A stretch of 64,000 bases of DNA from an uncultured Anaerolineae bacterium (lineage in GTDB: Bacteria > Chloroflexota > Anaerolineae > Aggregatilineales > Phototrophicaceae): assembly GCA_937922795.1 (NCBI GenBank), contig CALAJK010000037.1, positions 683-64,682 of the forward strand, read 5' to 3'. This document shows, piece by piece, positions 1-7,985 of the stretch (positions are counted from its first letter, which is position 1; every line of letters begins with the position of its first letter). The notes beneath the pieces were generated by a model that searched no databases, was not told the origin of the DNA, and was given only the letters and a program-made list of their open reading frames with translations. Made by a program: the position numbers and the translations under genes.

Positions 1-87
1 CAGCAGCAACGCCGCTAGAATCACCGCCAGCAGCGCCAACCGCCGCGCCGGCGGCGCTTGCAGATCGCCTGCGCCCGCTTCCCTCAT
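1..87 (-). CDS. 5' end of a membrane or secreted protein, runs off window edge
   Basis: Reverse strand from ATG at 87 reads MREAGAGDLQAPPARRLALLAVILAALLL, open to the edge; hydrophobic stretch after RR. Confidence 0.55.
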   Translation of the reverse strand, partial: MREAGAGDLQAPPARRLALLAVILAALLL

Positions 88-274
88 GCTATTGTGCCAA
101 TCTGGCTAAAAGCAGCCCGCAAAGATCACACATCCTACACCAAGTCGGCCGGCCAAAAATCGGTTAAAATGGATGCAACCGTATGAACAAGGGGTTAAGA
201 TTTCCTGAGATTTAAGCGCTGCTGTCACCGAGTGCGATCCAATTCACGCTAGAATGCAAGTTGACAGCGTTGAT

Positions 275-288
275 TAAACGATCGTTCG
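275..288. promoter_or_regulatory. Palindromic operator candidate, possibly a LexA/SOS box
   Basis: AAAC-GATC-GTTC at 276-287 (reverse CGAACGATCGTTTA), 7/8 match to GAAC-N4-GTTC; contains perfect palindrome AACGATCGTT; TTGACA at 261-266. Confidence 0.4.
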
Positions 289-331
289 AGTCAGTATTCT
301 ACTGTAACCGATAGACTGAAAGCGATGGTGT

Positions 332-994
332 ATGGTAAGAGGCGCGCGTTTCTTCCTGGTGCTCATCAGCCTGGTTTGGCTGGCGGCTGGATGCAGCGTG
401 TTCCCCGGCCTCAGGGTGCTGACCGGTGAGACAGCGCCTGAGACGCGGGCTGAACGAGTGGTGCAGATCACCGGGTTGATCATGGCCGATAAATCCGGCA
501 CGACTGACCCGGCGCTGATCGCCGCCGCCGATCGCATCGAAGCCGCCACCGGCGGCAGCGTAGACATCGTCGAAATCCGCCACGACCCCGGCACGGATAT
601 CTTCAACGTCTACATGCTGTTCCGCGGCCCCGGCCAGAGCGCCACGCCACAGGAGCGGAACGAAGCCCTGCGCCGTGCCGTGGAGCTCACCTGGCAGGGT
701 GCGCTGCAGGTCAGCCAGGGCGCTGATCTGATCCGCATTGATATCCTCGTCCCGGCCTCCATCCCTACGCTCGACCATGGCCCCAGCTTCGTCGGCCAGA
801 CCGCAGCTCGCTTCGAGATCGCGCGCGAGGACGTGCTCACTTATCTGGCGCAGCGGCCAACATCTTTTCAAGGGTTTGTAGGCCTCATCACCGACGGGCG
901 TTTACAGTACATCAACCCGTCGGAGACCTCGCCCGAATTCTACGCTGGTCGGCCCAACCACCCCCTATTCATGCTGGCGGCTAATGGGCAGTAA
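332..994 (+). CDS. Hypothetical lipoprotein
   Basis: 220 aa; basic N-terminus, hydrophobic stretch, lipobox LAAG-C; no recognised domain. Confidence 0.75.
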   Translation: MVRGARFFLVLISLVWLAAGCSVFPGLRVLTGETAPETRAERVVQITGLIMADKSGTTDPALIAAADRIEAATGGSVDIVEIRHDPGTDIFNVYMLFRGPGQSATPQERNEALRRAVELTWQGALQVSQGADLIRIDILVPASIPTLDHGPSFVGQTAARFEIAREDVLTYLAQRPTSFQGFVGLITDGRLQYINPSETSPEFYAGRPNHPLFMLAANGQ

Positions 995-1053
995 GTCCGC
1001 TCGCCTCGCTGGCCGCATGTTCATCGTTCAAACAGTGATGGGTACGATTCGTT

Positions 1054-2838
1054 ATGAGCCTGGCAAAAACTGAAGACACTCACAAACTCGCCCCCGCCGG
1101 CACGCCGCGCTTCGCCTGGGAGACCGAAGAGACCCTGGTAGAACGGCGCAAGAAACTGCGCTACCGCCTGCTGCGTCTGTTCACCGTCCGCCGCATCCTC
1201 ATCTTGGCCTTCCTAGCGGCGGCGCTGTTCAGCGAAGATTTCATGCTGTGGCTGGTCAATGATGCCCTACCTTACGTCATCCGGCTGGTGTCGGTGCTGG
1301 CCATCGCCATCGGCCAGTTCGCGCTCATCTTCTGGTTTCTAGGGCGGGCGCGCATGTTCGTCATCTGGCCGGGCGCAGGCTCCGAAGGCGTCAGCTTCGC
1401 CGACTACCGCGGCCAGCCCGAACTGCTGGAACAGGCGCGGCAGGTGGTCAAACTGCTGCGCGGCGTGCGCGTGTTTGAGGAGGCCGGCGGCGAGCCGCTC
1501 AACGGGCTGCTGCTGGAAGGCCCACCTGGCACGGGCAAGACGTGGCTGGCGAAGGCCATCAGCACCGAGGCCGGCGTGCCCTTCTTCTACCTGGATGGGT
1601 CGTCGCTGAACTCGATGTTCTTCGGCATCGCCCCGCTCAAGGTCATGAACCTGTACCGCCGGGCGCGCAGCGCCGCCAAAGATTACGGCGCGGCGGTGGT
1701 GTTCATTGACGAGATTGACGCCATCGGCGCGCGCGGCGGCGTGGCCACCAAACAGGAGAACGCCGAGGCGGAACGCTTCAGCCGGACGCGGCTGCCGATC
1801 TTCTTCGGCATGGGCGGGCAGACCGGCTTGCTGAGCACGCTGCTGGTTGAGATGGACGGCTTCAGCCTGGAACACGGCTGGTGGTCCAAGCGCCGCACCT
1901 GGTTCTACAAGACCATCCTGCGGCGCAAACCGCCCAAGCCGCAGCGGCGTGTGCTGACCATCGGCGCCACCAACCGCATCCACGCGCTCGACGCCGCCAT
2001 GCTGCGGCCGGGGCGCTTCGACAAGAAGATTCGCGTGGACGCGCCCGACCTGGAAGGCCGCCGCGACATCTTCGAGTATTACCTGTCGAAAATGGCGCAT
2101 GATGACACGATGGATCCGCTGGTGCTGGCCGCCGAGACGCCGTTCTACACCCCGGCGGACATCAAGTACCTACTGAACGAGGCGCTGCGCTACGCGCTGT
2201 TCCAGGGGCGCACCTACATCACTTACGACGACTTCCGCCGCGCCCAACCCGAACACGAGATGGGGCTGCGCTCGCCCATCAAGAACCTGACGCGCGAAGA
2301 CAAGTACCGGCTGGCCGCGCATGAGGCCGGCCATGCGATCGCCATCCGGCTGTACACGCCCAACTACCGTATCTCACGCATCACTATCATCCGCCAGGGC
2401 AGCGCGCTGGGACACGTCGCCTGGCAGCCGGCCATCGAGGAATACGATTACATCAACACCTACAGCACTTTGGTCAACAAGCTGCGAGTGGCGGTGGCCG
2501 GCAAGGCGGGCGAGATGGAATTCTGCGGCGAAGAAGAGCAGACGCTGGGCGTCGGCGGCGATTTCATGACCATCCGCTACTGGCTCCAGCGCATGGCGTC
2601 GGCAGGCATGTTCGGCCCGCTGGGCATGAGCGCGCCGGAAGCCAAGGAGGTGGTGGCCATGATGGAGGAGACGTTCCTGATGGCGCTGCATGAAGTCCGG
2701 CTGGCGCTGCGGGCGCATCGCGAGATGGGCGAAAATCTGATCGAGCGCCTGATGGTCAAAGACGAGATGTTGGCCGACGAGGTCGAAGCCTTCTTCGACC
2801 AGTACGGCCTGTTCACCCCGCGCATTAACGCAGCCTAG
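1054..2838 (+). CDS. FtsH-like membrane AAA+ ATPase / M41 zinc metalloprotease, copy 1
   Basis: Two N-terminal TM segments; Walker A GPPGTGKT; Walker B VVFIDEID; SRH LRPGRFD; HEAGH; candidate third Zn ligand in GVGGD. Confidence 0.92.
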   Translation: MSLAKTEDTHKLAPAGTPRFAWETEETLVERRKKLRYRLLRLFTVRRILILAFLAAALFSEDFMLWLVNDALPYVIRLVSVLAIAIGQFALIFWFLGRARMFVIWPGAGSEGVSFADYRGQPELLEQARQVVKLLRGVRVFEEAGGEPLNGLLLEGPPGTGKTWLAKAISTEAGVPFFYLDGSSLNSMFFGIAPLKVMNLYRRARSAAKDYGAAVVFIDEIDAIGARGGVATKQENAEAERFSRTRLPIFFGMGGQTGLLSTLLVEMDGFSLEHGWWSKRRTWFYKTILRRKPPKPQRRVLTIGATNRIHALDAAMLRPGRFDKKIRVDAPDLEGRRDIFEYYLSKMAHDDTMDPLVLAAETPFYTPADIKYLLNEALRYALFQGRTYITYDDFRRAQPEHEMGLRSPIKNLTREDKYRLAAHEAGHAIAIRLYTPNYRISRITIIRQGSALGHVAWQPAIEEYDYINTYSTLVNKLRVAVAGKAGEMEFCGEEEQTLGVGGDFMTIRYWLQRMASAGMFGPLGMSAPEAKEVVAMMEETFLMALHEVRLALRAHREMGENLIERLMVKDEMLADEVEAFFDQYGLFTPRINAA

Positions 2839-2848
2839 CAGGAGCCAG

Positions 2849-4723
2849 GTGATGACTTCCATTCGCAACGCCCCCAATCAGCCGTATCTGGACACCCATG
2901 GACGATGGGACTGGGAGACCGAAGAGACCCTGGTCGACCGCCGCCAGCGGCTGCCATACCGCATCCGGCGGCTGATCCTGCGCGGCTGGTGGTGGAAGCT
3001 GGCGCTGCTGGCGTTCATCGTCGGCCTGTTCGATCCCGTCGTCATGCAGTCGCTGCTGAACATTTTGGGCATCGTCCTGCAGGTCGTGGTGTTCATCAGC
3101 ATCATCCTGGTGCAGTTCATCGCCATCTTTTGGTTCCTCAGCCGCGCCCGCATGTACGAAGTGATGCCCGGCACAGAAGGCGTCAGCTTCGCCGACTACC
3201 GCGGCCAGCCGGAACTGCTGGAGCAGGCGCAGCAGATCGTGACGCTGCTGCGCGGCGTGAAGGCGTTCGAGAACGCGGGCGGCGAGCCGCTCAACGGCCT
3301 GCTGCTGGAGGGACCGCCCGGCACTGGCAAGACTTGGCTGGCGAAAGCCATCAGCACTGAGGCTGGCGTGCCCTTTTTCTACGTGGATACGTCATCGCTG
3401 CAGGGCATGTTCATCGGAACCAGCGAGTTGAAAGTGATCCAGGTGTACCGCAAGGCGCGCAAAGCCGCCCGCGAATACGGCGCGGCGGTGATCTTTCTGG
3501 ATGAGATTGACGCGGTCGGGTCGCGCGGCGGCGTCAGCGGCGTTGGCGGCGATGGCCAGGACGGCGCGTTCGGCCGGCTGGGCGGCCTGATGGGCGGCAG
3601 CATGGGGCTGCTCAGCACGCTGCTCATCCAGATGGACGGCTTCAGCCAGGAAAACAGCTGGACGAGCCGGCTGCGCGCCGCGTTCTACCGCCATATCCTG
3701 CGGCGCAAACCGCCCAAGCCGCAGCGGCGCGTGCTGACCATCGGCGCTACCAACCGCATCAGCGCGCTCGACCCGGCGCTGCTGCGCCCTGGCCGTTTCG
3801 ACAAGAAGATCCGCGTGGACGTGCCCGATATGGAAGGCCGCCGCGATATCTTTGAGTACTACTTGTCGAAGATGGCGCACGACGAGTCGATGGATCCCGC
3901 CATCCTAGCGACCGAGACGCCCGGCTACAGCCCGGCCGACATCAAGTACCTGCTGAACGAGGCGCTGCGCTACGCGCTGTTCGAAGGCCGCCGCTATATC
4001 ACTTACCGCGACTTCCGGCTGGCGCAGCCCGAACACGAGATGGGACTGCGCGCCCCGCTCAAGCACATCTCGCCGGAAGCCAAGCGCCGGCTGGCCTACC
4101 ATGAGGCCGGCCACGCGGTGGCGGTGCGTCTGTTCCTGCCGCACCACCGCATCGCCCGCGTCACCATCATCCGCCAGGGCGCGGCCTTTGGCCACGTATC
4201 GCACTATCCCGCCCGCGAGGCCTACCAGGGGCTGCGCACCAAAGAGCAGCACCTGGCGCACCTGTGCGTGTCGGTGGCTGGCAAGGCCGCCGAGATCGAG
4301 TTCTGCGGCCTGGAGAACCAGACGCTGGGCGTGGCCGGCGACTTCGCCAAGATCCAGTCCATGCTCATCAATATGGCCGCCGCCGGCATGTTGGGGCCGC
4401 TGGGCGGCGCTATGACCTACAGCTTTGACCTGATGACCGGCAAGTTCACCGGCCTCACCAGCGAACAGGCCAAAGCCATCGAAGAAGCCTACCAGAAGAT
4501 TTTGGGCGACACGCGCAAAGCCCTGCGCGACAACGCGCACATCGTCGAGGCGCTGGTGGCGCTGCTGCTGGAGAAAGAGGAGCTGCTGGCCGACGACGTG
4601 CGCGCCTTCTTCGATCAGTATGGGCTGTACACGCCGGATCCTACTGTCATTCGCGATGGTCAGGAGATCAGCCTGCTGCCGCCCAGACCCGGACAGACGC
4701 TGCCTTCCGGGGCGCAGGCCTGA
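2849..4723 (+). CDS. FtsH-like membrane AAA+ ATPase / M41 zinc metalloprotease, copy 2
   Basis: RBS AGGAG; two TM; GPPGTGKT, IFLDEID, LLRPGRFD, HEAGH, GVAGD; clear paralog of the upstream gene. Confidence 0.92.
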   Translation: MMTSIRNAPNQPYLDTHGRWDWETEETLVDRRQRLPYRIRRLILRGWWWKLALLAFIVGLFDPVVMQSLLNILGIVLQVVVFISIILVQFIAIFWFLSRARMYEVMPGTEGVSFADYRGQPELLEQAQQIVTLLRGVKAFENAGGEPLNGLLLEGPPGTGKTWLAKAISTEAGVPFFYVDTSSLQGMFIGTSELKVIQVYRKARKAAREYGAAVIFLDEIDAVGSRGGVSGVGGDGQDGAFGRLGGLMGGSMGLLSTLLIQMDGFSQENSWTSRLRAAFYRHILRRKPPKPQRRVLTIGATNRISALDPALLRPGRFDKKIRVDVPDMEGRRDIFEYYLSKMAHDESMDPAILATETPGYSPADIKYLLNEALRYALFEGRRYITYRDFRLAQPEHEMGLRAPLKHISPEAKRRLAYHEAGHAVAVRLFLPHHRIARVTIIRQGAAFGHVSHYPAREAYQGLRTKEQHLAHLCVSVAGKAAEIEFCGLENQTLGVAGDFAKIQSMLINMAAAGMLGPLGGAMTYSFDLMTGKFTGLTSEQAKAIEEAYQKILGDTRKALRDNAHIVEALVALLLEKEELLADDVRAFFDQYGLYTPDPTVIRDGQEISLLPPRPGQTLPSGAQA

Positions 4724-4808
4724 GCCGACCTGCGCCGCTCCCTGAACCAGTGATCGCCCTGCCGTCTACGCCCTGACCAGCATTGATCGTCGAGTGAGAG
4801 GGAACGCC

Positions 4809-6200
4809 ATGGACAAGCGTATGGTCGAGTTCATCCGGGCGCTGCGAGCGGCGGGCGTCCGCATCTCGCTGGCCGAAAGCCAGGATGCCATGTACGGGGT
4901 AGACGCCGTCGGCGCGCGCAGCCGCGACCTGTTCCGGGCGGCGCTGCGGGCGACGCTGGTCAAAGAGCAGCGCGACCATGCCACCTTCGACTACTTTTTC
5001 CCGCTGTTCTTCGGCGTTGGCACGCCGCCGATGCAGAATATCCCCGACAACCTGTCGCCTGACGACCGGCAGAAGCTCCAGGAAGCCCTGCGCTCCCTGA
5101 TGGGCGACCGCGAGGCGCTGCGCCAGTTGATGCAGCTCTTGCAGCAAATGCTGGATGGCCGGCCGTTCAGCCAGGAGCAGCTCGATGACATGGCGCGCCG
5201 ATCTGGCCTGAACCAGGGCAGCGAGATGTACCAGCGCCCCTGGTTCGAGCGCCGGATGAACCGCGAGGCCGGTTTGCAGCAGGTGCAGCGGTTGATCGAG
5301 CAGCTTCTGGAGCAGCTTGAACGGATGGGCATGAGCCAGGAAGCGCTGCAAGACCTGCGCCAGATGCTCCAAGAAAATGCCCAGGGGTTGGCCGAACAGG
5401 TGTCGAATTACGTCGGCGCGACGCTGGCCGAGCAGATGGCCGCCCAGGAGCCCCAGCCCAAGCCCGACTTGCTGGACGTGCCGTTCAACCATCTGGGCCA
5501 GCGCGAAGTCGAGGCCATTCGCGATGAGATTCGCCGGCTGGCCGCGCGGCTGCGCAGCCGCGCCTCGCTGCGCCAGAAGCGCGCCAGCGTCGGCACGCTC
5601 GACCCGCGCCGAGTGATGCGCGACAACATGCGCTACGGCGGCGTGCCGCTGGAGCTGCGCTTCCGCACCCGGCACGTCAAGCCAAAGCTGGTGTTGATCT
5701 GTGACGTCAGCACGTCCATGCGCTACTGCGCCGAATTCCTGCTGACGCTCATCTATGAACTGCAAGACCAGGTCGCTCGCACGGACAGCTTCATCTTCAT
5801 CAGCGACTTAAAGGACATCAGCATGGTGTTCCAGGAGAAGCAGCCGCGCGAAGCGGTGGAACAGGTGCTGACCGAGAACCGTCCCGGCTATTACAATACC
5901 GACTTGGGCAGCAGTTTGGCCACCTTCCGCCGCGACCACCTGGACAAAGTGACCAGTAAGACGACCATCATCATCCTGGGCGACGGCCGCAACAACTACA
6001 ACGACCCGCGCCTGGACATCGCCGAAGAGCTAAGCCGGCGCGCCCGCCGCCTGCTGTGGTTCTGCCCAGAGCCGCCCAGCCTGTGGGGCACGGGCGACAG
6101 CGATATGCACTTGTATGCGCCGCTGGCCGACGGCGTCTACAAGGTGAGCACGCTGCGCGAACTGGCGGCGGCCGTCGACCAAATCCTGGCCGACGGCTGA
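4809..6200 (+). CDS. VWA domain protein, CoxE-like
   Basis: N-terminus FIRALRAAGVRIS; MIDAS DVSTS; GDGRNN and WGTGDSDM motifs; ATG at 4809 after GAGAGGG. Confidence 0.88.
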   Translation: MDKRMVEFIRALRAAGVRISLAESQDAMYGVDAVGARSRDLFRAALRATLVKEQRDHATFDYFFPLFFGVGTPPMQNIPDNLSPDDRQKLQEALRSLMGDREALRQLMQLLQQMLDGRPFSQEQLDDMARRSGLNQGSEMYQRPWFERRMNREAGLQQVQRLIEQLLEQLERMGMSQEALQDLRQMLQENAQGLAEQVSNYVGATLAEQMAAQEPQPKPDLLDVPFNHLGQREVEAIRDEIRRLAARLRSRASLRQKRASVGTLDPRRVMRDNMRYGGVPLELRFRTRHVKPKLVLICDVSTSMRYCAEFLLTLIYELQDQVARTDSFIFISDLKDISMVFQEKQPREAVEQVLTENRPGYYNTDLGSSLATFRRDHLDKVTSKTTIIILGDGRNNYNDPRLDIAEELSRRARRLLWFCPEPPSLWGTGDSDMHLYAPLADGVYKVSTLRELAAAVDQILADG

Positions 6201-6216
6201 CAGCGGGACGACGCTT

Positions 6217-6597
6217 TCACTCGATATCTGGCAGCGCGAAGCGGCCGTCCACGCCCGGCAGCAGCGGCGCTACCTGCGTCACCGCGTCCAGATTCAGCGG
6301 CCCATACACATGCGGGAACAGCTCATCTATGTCTGGTTCAGGCTGCCCCGTGCGAGGGTGTATCGGCAGCTCGTAGCGCAGGGTCGCCCGCAGCCGCGCT
6401 GGGTCGATCGCCAGCAGCAGCAGGCCGGTTTGGCCGCGAAACAGCGCATCGGCCACGCGGATGACCTGTGACCGCGTCGAACAGTGGATGAAACCCTGCG
6501 CCGCCAGCAATGGCGCACGGTATTCGCCTGCGGCCTGAGCGGCGTCCCAATCTGCGCTCCGTGCAATATGAAAGATGCGCTCCTCTGCGCCGCCCAT
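6217..6597 (-). CDS. DUF952 family protein
   Basis: IFHI...GFIHCS...FPHVYGPLNLDAV signature. Confidence 0.88.
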   Translation of the reverse strand: MGGAEERIFHIARSADWDAAQAAGEYRAPLLAAQGFIHCSTRSQVIRVADALFRGQTGLLLLAIDPARLRATLRYELPIHPRTGQPEPDIDELFPHVYGPLNLDAVTQVAPLLPGVDGRFALPDIE

Positions 6598-6825
6598 ACC
6601 CTCATCCTTCCTAGCCGCGTTTCGCTTCCGTGCCCAGGCGATCTCTTAGCGCTGGGAGCATCGCACCGCCTTGGAACATTTTTTCCAAATGTCGGGCAGA
6701 TGATCGCCTCATCCGGCCGTACTGGCCGCGTTTGGAGGCGAGCGTTCCGGCTTATAATATATAATAGAAGAAAAGGATAGGCAGCGCGCTGTCTGCGAAC
6801 CCGCCCGCGACCGGAGACTGACTGC

Positions 6826-7845
6826 ATGATCCTGCCCGAATCGGCTTACCTCTCGTTCACCGATGACCTGCGCATCTGCCGGCTGCTGAACGGCCTATGG
6901 CAGGTGTCAGGCGCACACGGCGTGATTGATCCGCAGTTAGCCGTGCGCGCCATGTTCGACTATCACGATTCGGGCTTCATCACCTGGGATCTGGCCGATC
7001 ACTACGGCCCGGCGGAGGATTTCATCGGCGCGTTCCGGCGCGGGCTGGCGGCGGCGCGCGGCGAAGCGGCGCTGGCGGCGGTGCAGGCCTTCACCAAGTG
7101 GGTGCCCCGCCCGGGACGGATGACCCGCGCTGTAGTCGAACAGGCGGTCGCCACCTCGCGGCGGCGTATGGAAGTCCCCATGCTCGATCTGCTTCAGTTC
7201 CACTGGTGGGACTACCGCGACCCTAACTATCTGGAAGCGCTCCAGCACTTGGCCGACCTGCGCGACGCTGGGCAGATTCGTCACCTGGGCCTGACCAATT
7301 TCGATACCGAACGGCTGGCTTTCATCACCCAGCACGGCATCCGCGTCGTCTCCAACCAGGTACAGTATTCGATCATTGATCGCCGCCCCGAAGTGCAGAT
7401 GGCCGCTTTCTGCCAGCAGCGCGGGGTATGGCTGCTGGCCTACGGCACGCTGTGCGGCGGCCTGCTGACCGACCGCTACCTCCACCAACCGGAACCCCGG
7501 CAGGCAGCGCTCAACACCGCCAGCCTGCGCAAGTACAAGCAGATGATTGACGCCTGGGGTGGCTGGAGCCTGTTCCAGGAGCTGCTGACGACGCTGCGCC
7601 GCATCGCCGACCGGCACGGGGTCAGCATCGCCAACGTTGCGGTGCGCTTCATCCTCGACCAACCAGCCGTGGCCGGCGTGATCGCCGGGGCGCGGCTGGG
7701 CCTGAGCGACCACCGGGGCGACAACGCCCGCGTTTTCGCCTTTGCGCTGGACGCCGATGACCGCGCCCAGATTGACGCCTTCGCCCACCGCTCCCGCGAT
7801 TTGTTCAAGCTGATCGGCGACTGCGGCGACGAATACCGCCGGTGA
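6826..7845 (+). CDS. Aldo/keto reductase
   Basis: DLADHYGPAE, DLLQFHWW, LGLTNFD, NQVQYSIIDRR; AT-rich region with TATAAT upstream. Confidence 0.92.
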   Translation: MILPESAYLSFTDDLRICRLLNGLWQVSGAHGVIDPQLAVRAMFDYHDSGFITWDLADHYGPAEDFIGAFRRGLAAARGEAALAAVQAFTKWVPRPGRMTRAVVEQAVATSRRRMEVPMLDLLQFHWWDYRDPNYLEALQHLADLRDAGQIRHLGLTNFDTERLAFITQHGIRVVSNQVQYSIIDRRPEVQMAAFCQQRGVWLLAYGTLCGGLLTDRYLHQPEPRQAALNTASLRKYKQMIDAWGGWSLFQELLTTLRRIADRHGVSIANVAVRFILDQPAVAGVIAGARLGLSDHRGDNARVFAFALDADDRAQIDAFAHRSRDLFKLIGDCGDEYRR

Positions 7846-7935
7846 AATCGCCCAAGCTGGTGCGCATTGCCGCAGTTTTGACGACAGACCATCATCTTCT
7901 CCGTAATCTTAAGACAACCGGCAAAAGTCTCGTCC

Positions 7936-7974
7936 TATAATTGAGATAAACATTGCACCGTGCTTTGTCTCAAT
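7936..7974 (+). promoter_or_regulatory. -10 box followed by an inverted repeat (operator or leader hairpin)
   Basis: TATAAT at 7936-7941; ATTGAGATAAA (7940-7950) and TTTGTCTCAAT (7964-7974) form a 10/11 inverted repeat just before RBS GAAGG. Confidence 0.5.
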
Positions 7975-7985
7975 GAAGGTGCTAT

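Noticed and set aside
1054-4723. Labelling either AAA protease as the housekeeping ftsH
   Set aside because: No extracytoplasmic domain, an unusual insertion and no tilS/hpt context, so the gene symbol is withheld
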